DNA of 64,000 nt from Balanoglossus misakiensis (Eukaryota; Animalia; Hemichordata): assembly GCA_040954595.2 (NCBI GenBank), contig CM082598.2, positions 9,935,097-9,999,096 of the forward strand. The letters are read 5' to 3'. How positions within the stretch are numbered: position 1 is the stretch's first letter; every line of letters starts with the position of its first letter. Below are positions 1 to 13,000 of this stretch, piece after piece. The notes beneath the pieces were generated by a model. The model made no database searches, was not told the origin of the DNA, and saw nothing but the letters and a program-made list of their open reading frames with translations. The position numbers were made by a program, and so were the translations under genes.

Positions 1-2415
1 ATAATTAATGAGTTAAGCAGGTGTTACAGGTGAGCCTAAAATTTTGCCTTTTATTTTGGTGCCATTGTGCTCACTGACCAATAGATAGTCACTGTACAAG
101 ACTATTGCACAGACCAGAATTCCACAATAAGACATGGACATAGCTTAACCATAGAGGTATAAATAAAGGTATAAATTTAATAAAAAAATTAATATAAAAA
201 AATCGGTCGATTTTTCATATTATTTTTTTCCGCTTAAAATTATTGACAAATGCTAGGCTAGCTGCACACCAAAGTTGGAGATGATCGGCCTAACAGATTT
301 TGAGATATGTATGCATATTTATCCAAAATAATATGTTGTCATAGCTTAACTATGTAAAGTATAGGCACATGGCTTGGGCGAAAAATATGAAAAATAATAC
401 TTAAAAATCTTCTTCTCAAAATTGACATGGCCTATGGCCTTGACATTTGGCATGTAGAACCCTGGCCATGTGGTCCACAAAGCATCTCAACAGAATTTTG
501 ATATCTCAATTCATATGCAAATTAGGCCGATTTGAAAATTTTGCCCATATATGGTCATCAGGTCACATGACTTATTAAACATTCACAAGGGTACTGCACC
601 AGCTCTCATTGGCCTGCACCATTGTGCTAAGTTTGAAATTGGTAGGTTCAGCCGTTCTCCAGATCTACCTGGCCGAAAAAACTACACAAGAAGAAGTAGA
701 AGAAAAAAGCCAACAATACCAATAGGGCCCAAGCCTGCTTGGCTTGGGCCCTAAAAAATCCCAGTAATACCAATAGGGCCCAAGCCTGCTGGGCTTGGGC
801 CCTAAAAAACCCCAGTAATACCAATAGGGCCCAAGCCTGCTGGGCTTGGGCCCTAAATATAGCTGCAAGCAGCAATGGCGGGCCCAAGCCAACATAGCAC
901 ATAGCAACATAGCAATAAGCATATCTGCTCTGGATGCCAAGATACGGTAAAGTAGGTCAAAGGTCACCTGAGGTCATGCAAAATTTGGTTGAGAAATTTT
1001 GACCCTATACTGGTCAATGTACAACAAAAACCAAAACTATAGCCCTATTGGTTAGCCTGGAATTAGGTATGCAGATAATTAATGAGGTAGGCAGGTGCCA
1101 CAGGTGACCCTCAATTTTGGCTTTTCAATTTTAATCCCAACCCTCCAAACGCCAAGTCTGTACCTGCTCTGGATGCCAAGATCTGGTAAAGTAGGTCAAA
1201 GGTCACCTGAGGTCATGCAACATTTGGGCATGAAATTTTGACCCTATACTGGTCCATGTTCAACAAAACCCAAACCTATAGCCCTATTGGTTAGCCTGGA
1301 ATTAGGTATGCACATAATTAATGAGATATACAGTTGTCACAGGTGACCCCCATTTTGGCTTTTCCATTTTAGTCCCAACCCTCCATATGCCATGTTTGTA
1401 CCTGCTCTGGATGCCGAGATATAGGAAAGTAGGTCAAAGGTCACCTGAGGTCACCCAAAATTTGGGCAAGAAATTTTGACCCTATACTGGTCCATGTCCC
1501 ACAAGAACGAAACCTCTAGCCCTCTTAGTTAGCCCAGAATTAGGTATGCACATAATTAATGAGTTAAGCAGGTGTTACAGGTGAGCCTAAAATTTTGCCT
1601 TTTATTTTGGTGCCATTGTGCTCACTGACCAATAGACAGTCACTGTACAGGACTATTGCACAGACCAGAATTCCACAATAAGACATGGACATAGCTTAAC
1701 CATAGAGGTATAATTAAAGGTATAAATTTCATAAAAAAATTAATATAAAAAAATCGGTCGATTTTTCATAGTATTTTTTTTCGCTTAAAATTATTGACAA
1801 ATGCTAGGCTAGCTGCACACCAAAGTTGGAGATGATTGGCCAAACAGATTTTGAGATATGTATGCATATTTATCCAAAATAATATGTGGTCTTAGCTTTA
1901 GTATGGAAAGTATAGGCCCATGGCTTGGTCAAAAAATATGAAAAATAATACTTAAAAATCTTCTTCTCAAAATTGGCATGGCCAATGTCCTTGACATTTG
2001 GCATGTAGTACACTGACCACATGGTCCACAAAAGTTGCTAAAAGAATTTTGATATCTCCATTCATATGCAAATAAGGCCGATTTGAAAATTTTGCCCATA
2101 TATGGTAATCAGGTCACGTGACTAATTAAACATTCACGAGGTTACTGCACCAGCTCTCATTGGCCTGCACCATTGTGCCAAGTTTGAAATTGGTAGGTTT
2201 AGCCGTTTTCCAGATCTAGCTGACCAAAAAAAACGACAGAAGAAGAAGAAAAAGAAAAACTCCAGTAAAAACAATAGGGCCCAAGCCTGCTGGGCTTGGG
2301 CCCTAAAAACTCCAGTAAAAACAATAGGGCCCAAGCCTGCTTGGCTTGGGCCCTAAAAAGATGAAAAACCCCAGTAATACCAATAGGGCACAAGCCTGCT
2401 TGGCTTGTGCCCTAA
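1..2415 (-). mobile_element. Helentron-associated (HINE-like) family A, two bodies about 1.55 kb apart, each preceded by three stacked head hairpins; continues off the left edge
   Basis: Position 1 repeats at 1552; heads GGGCCCAAGC-loop-GCTTGGGCCC at about 725-853 and 2277-2412; tail GCTTGGGCCC plus GCTGCttGCAGC palindrome at about 856-890; internal subrepeats of about 240 bp. Confidence 0.7.
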
Positions 2416-2771
2416 TAAAGCTGTGTGCTCGCTATTTAGTCTGCCAGCTAACTTCAAACTACATCGTCCGAGTACGATCGTTGGCAACAGTACGCCATGA
2501 TGCCAGCTGACATACTGAGTGAAAAAACACCAAAAAATCGCGTCTCGGAACAAATTGATAGTACTTTCCTCACAGAACGATGCTAACATACATGAACTTA
2601 TATAAATTGGATTGGTTTTTTGTTCGAACGGAGTTTCCTTTACATAACCTACGAGAACATAAGTCGATTGCGCACAGAAAGCTACACGCTGGGTCGACCA
2701 TGTTTTGCTGACTAAGAGCGGGTTAAACCGGAAGTGACGTCGTGACCCTCACCACCTTCCCGGCACCTGTG

Positions 2772-3900
2772 TCTTTTAAAACCGCATGCCAGATTGCTTT
2801 GCAATTTGGTAGGCATGTTCGTAGGGGTAACCTAAGTAATATGTTGTAGTAAAAAATGTGATATTTGCATAAATGTCTTGTCGGGGAAACTTTTGCAATT
2901 TTTGTCAAAAATTGTTTTCTCTGAAACTGCTTGTCCTATTGCATTGAACTTAGGCAGCATGTTCCTTGTAGTGATTGAAGTAAGATATTATACAATTTTG
3001 GTGATATTTGCATATTTGTGTCTTTGCCACTTTTGAACAAATATTTTCTGTGAAACTGCTTGTTGGATTGCTTTGAAATTAGAGTTTTTTCTCTGATTGC
3101 TTTGAAATTTAGGATATAATTTCATAACACATACCTGTAAATGTGCAACTTTTATTCAATTCTGATATCAGAAATATTAAATATTTAGCGAGTTTTTTTG
3201 GTAAGTTTCTTTGTTTTTGGTTAGCAAATCTTCTCCTAAACCAATTGTCCAGTTGTTACTATTTACAAGGAGTTGTACATGTTTACATGACTTAAATAGG
3301 CCAGCTGTTACAGAGACCACCAGCTATCAAATTTTTAATTACAAGTGGCAGGTCAGTGTGTGTGTCTGTCTGTCTGTTCCAGGGCTGACTGAAAGAAGTT
3401 GCTTGTCATTTGTGTTTGTACAGACAATTTTTGGTCAATTTTTTTTCTAGCACCATTTGTAAGACTGCCATGACATATGACAGTTTATTGGGCATGTTCC
3501 TTGTTAATTTTTTTACATTCCATATTTCTATATGGTAAGATCATATCTGCTCGCAATGTCACCTGTAATCTTTGGGTCCCATTGGTATGTACCATGGGAC
3601 CTTATGGGATCGGTTGCGTCTGTATGTAAGTATGGATGTATGTATGTATGTATGGATGGATGTATGTATGTATGTCCGTCCACATCAAAAACTTGAAAAC
3701 CGCTGCGTGTATCACCTTGATATTTGGTGTGCTGATGCAGGCTGGGCTGTAGATGGGAGTTTGTTCAAATGAAGTTGCCATTGCCAAAAATATGCAAATA
3801 AGCTGGAAAAATGTGAATTTGGGCAAAACTCAATAACTCAAGAACTACTGGTCAGATTGCTTTGCAAAGTGGTGTGTATTTACTTTATTGAGTTGTATTA
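2772..3900 (+). mobile_element. HINE-like family B: headless body followed by a second head with (TATG)n
   Basis: Close similarity to 49761-51146; head GGTCCCATtGGTAtgTACCATGGGACC at about 3575-3600. Confidence 0.65.
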
Positions 3901-4039
3901 ATTAGGCAGGAACTCCCCTCTGTGATTCATATAAACACAGCAAATTCCTGAATGATTACATAACTGGCTAAGTTTTAAAGAGGCCAGCTGTTCTATTTAG
4001 TGTATGTACAGTACATATGCCATTGGCAGCTTATGGGTC

Positions 4040-4200
4040 TAATAGAATCTCACACTCCCAAGGACCTGGGATCGTATTTCTCACACGAGTTGGGGATTTT
4101 TTTGTCCCACACGAGCCGCAGGCGAGTGTGGGACAGAATATCCTCGACGAGTGTGAGAAATGTGATCCCAAGTCCTTGGTGTGTGAGATTCTATTTCTCA
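4040..4200. repeat. Long imperfect palindrome (Crypton-like non-autonomous element); sisters at about 24150-24290 and 40625-40720
   Basis: AATAGAATCTCACAC...GTGTGAGATTCTATT arms with central GAGCCGCAGGCGAG; no TSD seen. Confidence 0.5.
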
Positions 4201-5899
4201 CACGACCAGAAATGTTAACGTTTATTTACAATAAAAGAACTAAATCTATAAAATACCAACTGATAACTGCATGACCGGCCATATATTGATCTGCCCCGCG
4301 AAACATAGTCCCCATTTCATCACGAGTTTACAGTACACACATGCTACAAAAATGTGCCCAACACATTAAAATATGGAGATTGTTTCCTGTGGCATAAATT
4401 CGCGCGATATCTAGAAAATACAACAGTTTTTTGCGAGTCTGTCGCCAACCACGTACACCACTGTCGTCTGCACATGACCTGATCACATTGTAGTGCCGGT
4501 TCATGTACAACACATCACACAATTTGATAATATTTGCTTGTTCTGAGGGGTATGAAAATCATTATCCAATGAGAGCTCGTGTCAGATAACAGTTGTCTGT
4601 GTGCACATTAACACATAGTGTTTGCCCATTGATCTCTTGCTATGTGTGTGTGTGTGTCTGTCTGTCTGTATATGGCCATGTACTCCGGTATAGACTTTTT
4701 CTTGTGTAATCACTCAATGGGACCACCGTGCTGGTGTGAAATTGGTAGCCCGATCGCAAACATTGGTAGTCTGTGGACGCGGGGCTACTGCGAATTTCAA
4801 GCCCTGGCCTGCGGCTCGGGCATTATCAATATTATGGTCAGAGATCACCATCCCTCGTGCAGGCCAATGATGATGATATTACCCTCGCTAACATGTGTTA
4901 TTATTTAAAAATTGCTGGGTAACATAGATAACAGGTTGACACAGCATCTCCCCCTCCCCCTTGTTTGAGCAAAAAATCAGTGCTGCTAATGCGTAAAGCA
5001 TACAAGCGCGTTTACGCGTACATGTGTACAGGGTGCCAGACCATACAATCTTGACAAGGCGCCCCAGATAGCCAGTGTTTGCCTGTTGATCTTTCTATTC
5101 ACAGTCACTCCACACAAATATGACAAGCACCTTACATGTAATTCAATCTACCCTGGGAACATGCTAATAGTATTCAAATTTGAAAGCAATGTGACAAGTG
5201 CTTCAGAGGAAAAACCTTATCACTGAAAATGGTAAACAAACAAACAAACAAACATTCATAAATACATCCCAGGTACATGCATACGTACGTACCTACATTT
5301 AAATAATATCACATGATAGTGAGGGCAATATCACAATTTGACGCCTGCACGGGGGTATCATCAATAATATGGTCAGAGAGCACCAGCCCGAGGGCAGGCT
5401 TCAAATCATGATGTTGCCCGAGCATCATGTGTTATTAATTTTATTACGCTGAACATTTGAACGTACATGTACATACACTGCAGCATAGAAGGACGTAGGG
5501 TTGCGTTCATGTCGTACGTTGCTGAAAATGTAAAATGTCTCGATCATCCAAGAACTATACCTACTTCGAACTCAGATCATTTTGAGGATACTGCGCTGTT
5601 GGTTGCGATTTTGATGTATTTACTGCCCGTTTGCAGTAAAATATCATCCAGTTGAACAGGTGTCAGGCCCATGCGTCGCTTTGAAGCCGTAGATGCGGTA
5701 GTTGACTGATCATGGAGGAAGCCATTGAACGACAGTTTGTTACGCGCAGAAGTCGTGCGCAGAACACCAAAACAACCTGGCAGGCAATATCAACAGTGCT
5801 TTATCAACTCTTGCCATGTTATATCACTTTTTTCTCCATGTCACGTGAGCGCGTCTCAGCCAATACGACATAATACGTGAGGTGTATTAAAAATACATA

Positions 5900-6803
5900 C
5901 CGTAATCGTGCCTTGGTTCGACAAGAAAAAAATAAATATGCTTTACAAAAAGACAAAACAATAGGGGTAAAAATGAGTCAAAGTGCCAGAACTACCCCCT
6001 CGGACATTTATGCAAATTAGGTTCAAATAGGCTTCATGGTGCGATTGAAAATCAACAACACATTTCGCCAACTGGTCCCATTTGTTGTCCCACATCACAT
6101 GAATGGAAGATCCGAGAAAATCCACATTTTTCCAGCTTTTGCACAGTCATCCTTTAAGTATAAGCGCTACTACGGTACCGCCTGTGAGTCTTACAGCTTT
6201 GAAACCAGTGCGTAATATAAAAGCATGTGGGAACACTCTTTGAGTTGGTCCCTTGGGACAAAGACGTTTTTAATTTATTCACGCTCAGGGATGTATTTTT
6301 AGGCAGACAACGGCAAGACCCAGTTGCCTAGTAATTATCACCATGAACTTTGCTACAAGTTTCACTATCACTTCCACTGGGCGTCTCAATTTTTTCAGCA
6401 GAGCCCCAGCTGCAGTAAGTTCCGACTACCTTAAGGTTTTGCCTATAGGTTTTGGGGCTCCTCATTTTACTGATGACCATCAGCAACAAGGCACATTGAC
6501 CGTTGACTAAGCAAGGTGCTAAACATCGCTCTTTTCAGAGGGGTAATTTTACACGCAAGCTCATTAGAAACTGCTTCTTGCGTCCCCTTTTCAGCCACCC
6601 CTCTGTTACAAAATGACCTCTTTCCTTAATTAACTATTCATGCCTGATTTGAGGTCAGACAAGGGTCATTATCAGGCCAAGGGGAAAACAGGCTATGCGT
6701 TTACGCACTAGGCGAAATTTTAGGGGTTGTAAAATAATTAATTATCGGAAGAATAGTGGGTGGTCGAACTAATGGTGTGATCGAACTGAAGGCACGATTA
6801 CGG
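5900..6803. mobile_element. Tc1/mariner (pogo-like) non-autonomous element
   Basis: TIR CCGTAATCGTGCCTT / AAGGCACGATTACGG flanked by TA on both sides. Confidence 0.75.
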
Positions 6804-6855
6804 TACATACATACATACATACATACATACATACATACATACATACATACATACA

Positions 6856-6886
<31 letters not shown>
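6804..6886. repeat. (TACA)n microsatellite
   Basis: About 20 perfect units. Confidence 0.97.
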
Positions 6887-6887
<1 letters not shown>

Positions 6888-6971
6888 AATTTGTGTTAGC
6901 CGTTCAATGTCTGATGTGTTTTGATTTGTAATAGTGCAATTTTATTTTTCATTCAATTTTCCTACTTACAG

Positions 6972-7061
6972 CTATGGACAAGTATACGTTATTGTCCTGA
7001 GACACCAACAGAGAGGACATGCTAACATTGGTGCAGAAGTTGTACTTTATCAATTACAAAA
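6972..7061 (+). CDS. RMC1: RMC1 exon ([30 protein letters not shown])
   Basis: ttacag acceptor, gtaagt donor, 90 nt. Confidence 0.93.
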
Positions 7062-10000
7062 GTAAGTTTACAATAACTGGGGGGGGGGGGGGGGGTACAT
7101 CGCACTAGCCATTTGGATAATGCAGATATTTATTATACATCTGACAATAAGAACAATAGAATTTCGCGTGCACTAAAAAAGCTGTACGGAACAGTTTCAA
7201 GGTGCCCAAGCTCACCGTAGGTATGTACTGTTAAGGCGGACGGTTTCAAGACCCCTTCCAATGTAAAAAAAAAAGAAGAAAGATGGCTGTTCACTGTGTA
7301 CTGACTGTCTCAGCTGAGTAGTTATGATCGATCGTACAGGCATTTTGAAAGGCAAGTAATATGCAATGCAATAACTAACCAAGATGTAAGATGTATAATA
7401 ATAAGGTTATTACGAAAATACAGTATGCACTCAGACATTAGCACAACGCATTGTGGCCCTAATGTCCTCGTGCATACTTTGTGGTATTTTTGTAATAACC
7501 TCATAGTATTCTACCTGAAAATTTGACCTAAATATATGTACATTTTACCTATAAAAAAATCTATACACAAAAAAGTGAAGATTGAATCTTTTGTTTAGCT
7601 CTACTGTCAGGGAAGCAGAGCCATCCAGCATCCATCTTCTATGAACACTTGTCTTCTCTGAAACCGCTGGTGCAATTGCTTTGAAATTTTGGATGCAGGT
7701 TCCAGAGTGTGATCTATGTAAATCAGATGTTCCAATTATTATCGAACCTGCAATAATATTGTATTATGGGGCAATTCGGTGTTTCATCAAATATCCCAGT
7801 ACTACAGTGAAACCTGTCTAAACCGAACTCTGTCTAATCTGGAAAATTGTCTATACTCAACACATTTTTCTGTCCCTTCGACATAGAACGACATGTTAAA
7901 AGAACCTCTACAAACCGGACATGTCTGTAAGCTGGACAATTTCTTCAGTCCCTTTGGTGTTCGTTTAGACAGGTTTTATTAATACTGTATTTACTTTTTT
8001 ATCTCTATCAATTTGATAAAAAATAGCAGGTGTGTATATGTTTGTTTCTTTTTCCCAAACACAGAGAATCTCCAGCTAAAAAAACAGATGTTCTTAGACT
8101 TAATATGAGTGGAAGATTTGCCTTGAACATTGTTGTAAGTATAAAGACTTGGCAGTGACATTTGTTAGAATTGTATTCTGTAACTTATTCATACTAGTGT
8201 TTGCTTATAACACTTGTATAGGCTGAGCAATACTGAAAGGATTCAAATTACTGAGAGCAATTGCTGGAGTATGTTCAATGTAATTGAATATTGCAAATTT
8301 GGTAATTTTCATTATTAGAAAGAATGTAGGGCGACACAAATTGAACAGACCACCATTTAAAGGGACAAAGTCTCTCTCTCGCTGCCCGTTTTCCATTTGT
8401 TATGTTTGATACAAGACACCCTTTATGTTATTCTACATGTGGATAGATAGTGAATCAACGTTTGACCACACACAACTTCCGTCCCGTTTGTAGGGTATGA
8501 GATTAAAAATCTTGCCAAAAGTGAATAAACGTTAGAGACCGATTATTTATTTTGGCGAGTTTTTCACTCTCGTGTCTGAAAGTTGAAAACACCTCAAAAT
8601 ACGGTCTGCAACAGCCCTGATCTGGATGATACACGATGAACATGCTAATGAACATGTTGCGATCTGGCTGGAACCCAAAACGAAAAAAAACCTACCACCA
8701 TCATTCACCTAAAACTATAAGCAACTAAAGCACCACTTCACCGACAAGTCACAACAACAGACTCAAGCCTACTACTTGTATATATATATGTCACCAAATA
8801 TCACGAAGATCTTGCAACTGCCACCACCAACCACCAAAATTCCACCAAGTACCACGAATGGTCATCAGAATTACACCAACAGTATTCTATCTTTGAAATT
8901 ATGCAAAGAAATCTAAAGGGGCTTAAAGGGACATTAGGCCAAAAAAAAAGAAATGTTTCTGGTCAGGCCTTTCTTTAAAAATTGGTGCGGTGACACGCTT
9001 TTTTTTTTTAATTTTCCTCAAGGGAGGAAGGACGGTCAGTTTTATTAAAGGTCTCATGCCATGCCCTATACAACCACGCGTAAAATCACTATTTGGGTCT
9101 TGAAGTTAACGTATGTTACTATCTTGCAATGCGTTTTGCCCCTTGTGCTTAGATAACAAGCAAGTAAAAGTGGCGGGTGGGCGTGTACCCCTAACCCAAC
9201 TCCGTCGAGTTTTTTCGGCTTTTCGAAGTTCAGTCGAAGACTTATCTTGATGTGGACAAATAGTCTTTCACACCTTCGTAAATCCTCTGCCTGTAATGTG
9301 AGGCAAGGGCTTCCTTTGCTTTGAACACTGTTTATATAGCTTGTCTTTGTCTGTGGACTTAATTACTCATGGACTGCTAATTACACTTTACTGTTAGCAG
9401 AATGGTACACTACGACGTAGTGTACTTGTTTGTCCATATGCAAATACCTTCGCCTGGCTCGAGTGCGAAGTGGCTCCCTGATCACAGGCATGAAAAAAGG
9501 TGGCAAATTCCGGCATTCGTGCACATTTTTCAGAACCGACACAATAGGCAATGCATAGACAGGTACCCTAGGTGAGCTTTTGACGTGGAAAAATGAAAAC
9601 TTTCCAAAGCATGGCATGAGACCTTTAATACAATTAAATGTATACCAGGGCTCGAAATTAACTTTTAATCTTGTGGTCATTTTGACCACCACATTTTAAA
9701 GTTGGTAGTCATTTTACAGAAACTGGTAGTCAATATTTTATTTACTGAATCATGTCATCAGGGTGCCTGTATTCATGAAGGGGGGTGTTAATGGTGGTAA
9801 TCTTTGAACAAAGTATGTGTACAGTGGATGAAAAAATAATATCTTATGTTGGATAAAAAATAAAAACTGATCATGCGAACTGATCTTGCTCGTGCTTTAT
9901 TGAAACCCCTTAAAATAACATGCAAAATATGTGGCACAACTTATTCATGTTGTCTTTGAAATGTTACTTTTCAATCAAATCTAGTTCCCATTATAAAATA

Positions 10001-13000
10001 ATTTTGATCTTAAACTAAAGTTGAATTAGTAGTTATAGTAGTACTTTTAGACTTTCATATATGTATTACTTGTCTCTGTTGTTTGACTTGCACAGTTGGA
10101 AGTCTGGTCCGTCAATATAAGAAAACTTTTTCTGTTTATTGATCATTACACAACCCCCACCCACCCCTGTTTATGGCAGGCATTGAGAACGCAAGGTTCA
10201 TTCATGTTAAATATTTTTATTGAATAACACTGAGTTCAAGTTGAATGAAGAAACATGTTGAACTGCTAGTGAGCCACTGTCCTGTAAGACGTGGGCTGTA
10301 TGGTAAACTGTAATGCAATGCCATGAATTCAGCTCTTCTATTATCAGTGGTCACGCTTTTTTTTATTTCCTGAGTCTCTTGGAACGTAATGAAACCACAA
10401 AGTGCATCCTCTGCTCTTTTGAGTGGTCCTAATCTGCATATCTTGATTAGGGTGTTGGCGTTGCTCTAATTGTCTCAAAATGTAACCTTTGAGTACCTGA
10501 TAAAAACAATTGCAAAATTTTGAGGCCGGCCAGCTGTCCGAGCGTAGTGCCAAAGTGTCCAGTGATTTATAGCTAGTTGAAACAGTGCATATTTTGCCAT
10601 GGACGGTACCACAAAACAGGAAAAAAAGGGGTGAAGCACTGCTATTCAAGTGACGCGTGCGCTGACCAGAAACATTTCATTTTTGGGGGCCTTAGCTGTA
10701 ACTTTTGGCTTTCATTTCAGTATTTTTGTTCTGTGTACCAACTGTAATTCATTGTGGTACTCCAAACAGCTTGGCAATAAACCCAGTACTCTAATTGCCA
10801 GCATAGCCTGCATGTGTGTAATGGCCATTATTAATATCGACAAATGTATCATAGTCTGAACTTGAATTCAAAATTAGCAGAATAATAATGCTGACTATAC
10901 AAATTTATGTTGTGTTGATAAGCTAAATGCTGTACATTTCATCATGTTTCAGGAATTTGAACAAGAAAATGCAGTAGACACACAAAACAAAAATGCTCAA
11001 AACATACCAAACAGATACAGCTAATGGAGCTTTAATTCATTTTATGTTGATTGACTTGCAGGATAATCTCCTTGTTGTCCATCACCAGGCTTCAAAGGTA
11101 TGTACAGTACAGCTTACGTGTCTTTTTATGATTTTCTGACCCTAGGTCCTATAGTCCGGCAGCCAGAGGGGTAAACCTTGCTTTGTCGTCTATAGTTTTT
11201 TTCTCAGTGGAATTCATTTGTCAAGACCCCCCCAAAAAGAAATATAGTTACTGGAGCTCTGTCAGCATTGAGCAATTTGAATAAATTAGCATAATCAAAA
11301 TGGCCGCCAACATATTGAATTGTGGCTGAGAAAGAAGAGTCAAACGAGTGTTATACACCTTGTAGCTTTGTTTTTATCGTTTATTTCACCAAGCTGTTGC
11401 TTAGGACAAACTAGAAAATAAAAGTTGCCATTTATCATTAGGTAATTTGCATAATTTCAAGATGGCAGCCATCTGTAAACCTCTCTTTTTGCTGAATAAC
11501 TTTTACATTTGTATTTTGTAACGTGCAATCATTTTAAAACATTTCATATCACTGTTTTATAATTCTGGCCACCTTAAATAATTTTTCACTTTGTGCTAGA
11601 GGGTAAAATTACATAATAATTGCATTCTGGGTAAAAAGTAGACAATTCATAATAGATGGAAGTAATAGATGGAAGAAATTATATGTTAACTGTATTTCAT
11701 GACTTCCTTTTGTCAAACATTTCTGCTTTGCAGTTGACATATCAACTTTTTTTTACGTTTTTTTATTTTTTTCTGTTAGTTACAAAGTATCAGAAAGACC
11801 GAATATCACTTTAGCTTATGAACTCCCATTTCTTAAACAAGGCAAAAATCAGCCATCTTGGAATTGTGTCGACCAGATGAGACTTTTATTACTCACCTGG
11901 ATAGCAAAAATCTATTTAAAGTCGGGAGAATTGCAAGTACATAAATCTTCTTTTCCTGCCGCAAAATTAATGTTGATTATCACACATTATTATGAGCAGC
12001 CAGGTAATCCTTCGCCCTTTCTCAAAGGCAACACAATGCCGTCATATCCCGTCCAATAATCATTATCATACGAGGTAAAATTACCAGATCCAAGAAATAT
12101 TAGATAACGGCAGTTGATATTCTATCGCCTTGAACTACTTGAAGTGGCAGTACCGTGTGTGCGGAATTGGACAACGTATCATGCATGAATGTTACTCCAA
12201 TCAAGATTGACCACAAGGAACAAACTCAAGTGTAATTTGCCAAAAATGCCGAATTATTGATGTGAGTCAAATCCAGAAATACTATCACTTGTCATTTGAG
12301 TGACTGTGTCATATTTGGAATTACTAAGTCTCTATACTTACCACTGAATTTCGTAAAATTATTCTGCGAAAATCAGGGAATGTCTGCCTCAATTTTGTTT
12401 TAAAGCTAATAAGCTGTGTCTAATTTTAAAGTTCTCATATTAGTTGCAAACATTACCGCATCTCGGGAGTTTTGTTTATTCATCACAAAACTTGGCAAAC
12501 AATGACTCTTGAAAAACATACATACACATTGTGAAAACAATTCGAACATTTAAAAAGGGCAAGGATACACATGGAACATCAATCAACTCATATCGTTTAA
12601 CAGCTGAATGTTTGTGCCTGTTCGACCTGCAAGCTGGAACCTTAAAAAGTGTATGAGGGGGAAGTTAAACAAACTTTGGTGATAAATCATGGATGTTGAC
12701 GGATTGATTGCACAAGCTTTACGAAGTACCTGTTGATTATAAAAAAAAACATTGCTAATTTCTAACAGGAGCGCAGATTATATTGGAACTGCCTTGAAAC
12801 AGTCTGTTCATGCAATTGTTTATTTTCAAAGGACAGATAGGTAGCCAACCGAAGAAAAATGTTAGAACGCTTTAAATAAATGAATTTCCCTTTCTTATCT
12901 AAATGATGCCAATTTCCTTTAAAAATACAAACACTGCTCTTTCTCACTACAAAATACGTGTTGGCATCCCATTTAAATGTATTATCAAAAATGGAGCCAA

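Noticed and set aside
713-856. Palindromic repeats at about 51-bp spacing resembling a CRISPR array
   Set aside because: The intervening sequences are near-identical rather than unique spacers, the context is eukaryotic, and there are no cas genes; explained as HINE heads.
2728-2741. ETS-CRE composite motif CCGGAAGTGACGT suggesting a promoter
   Set aside because: It lies in an intronic, repeat-flanked fragment with no associated exon; probably transposon-borne.
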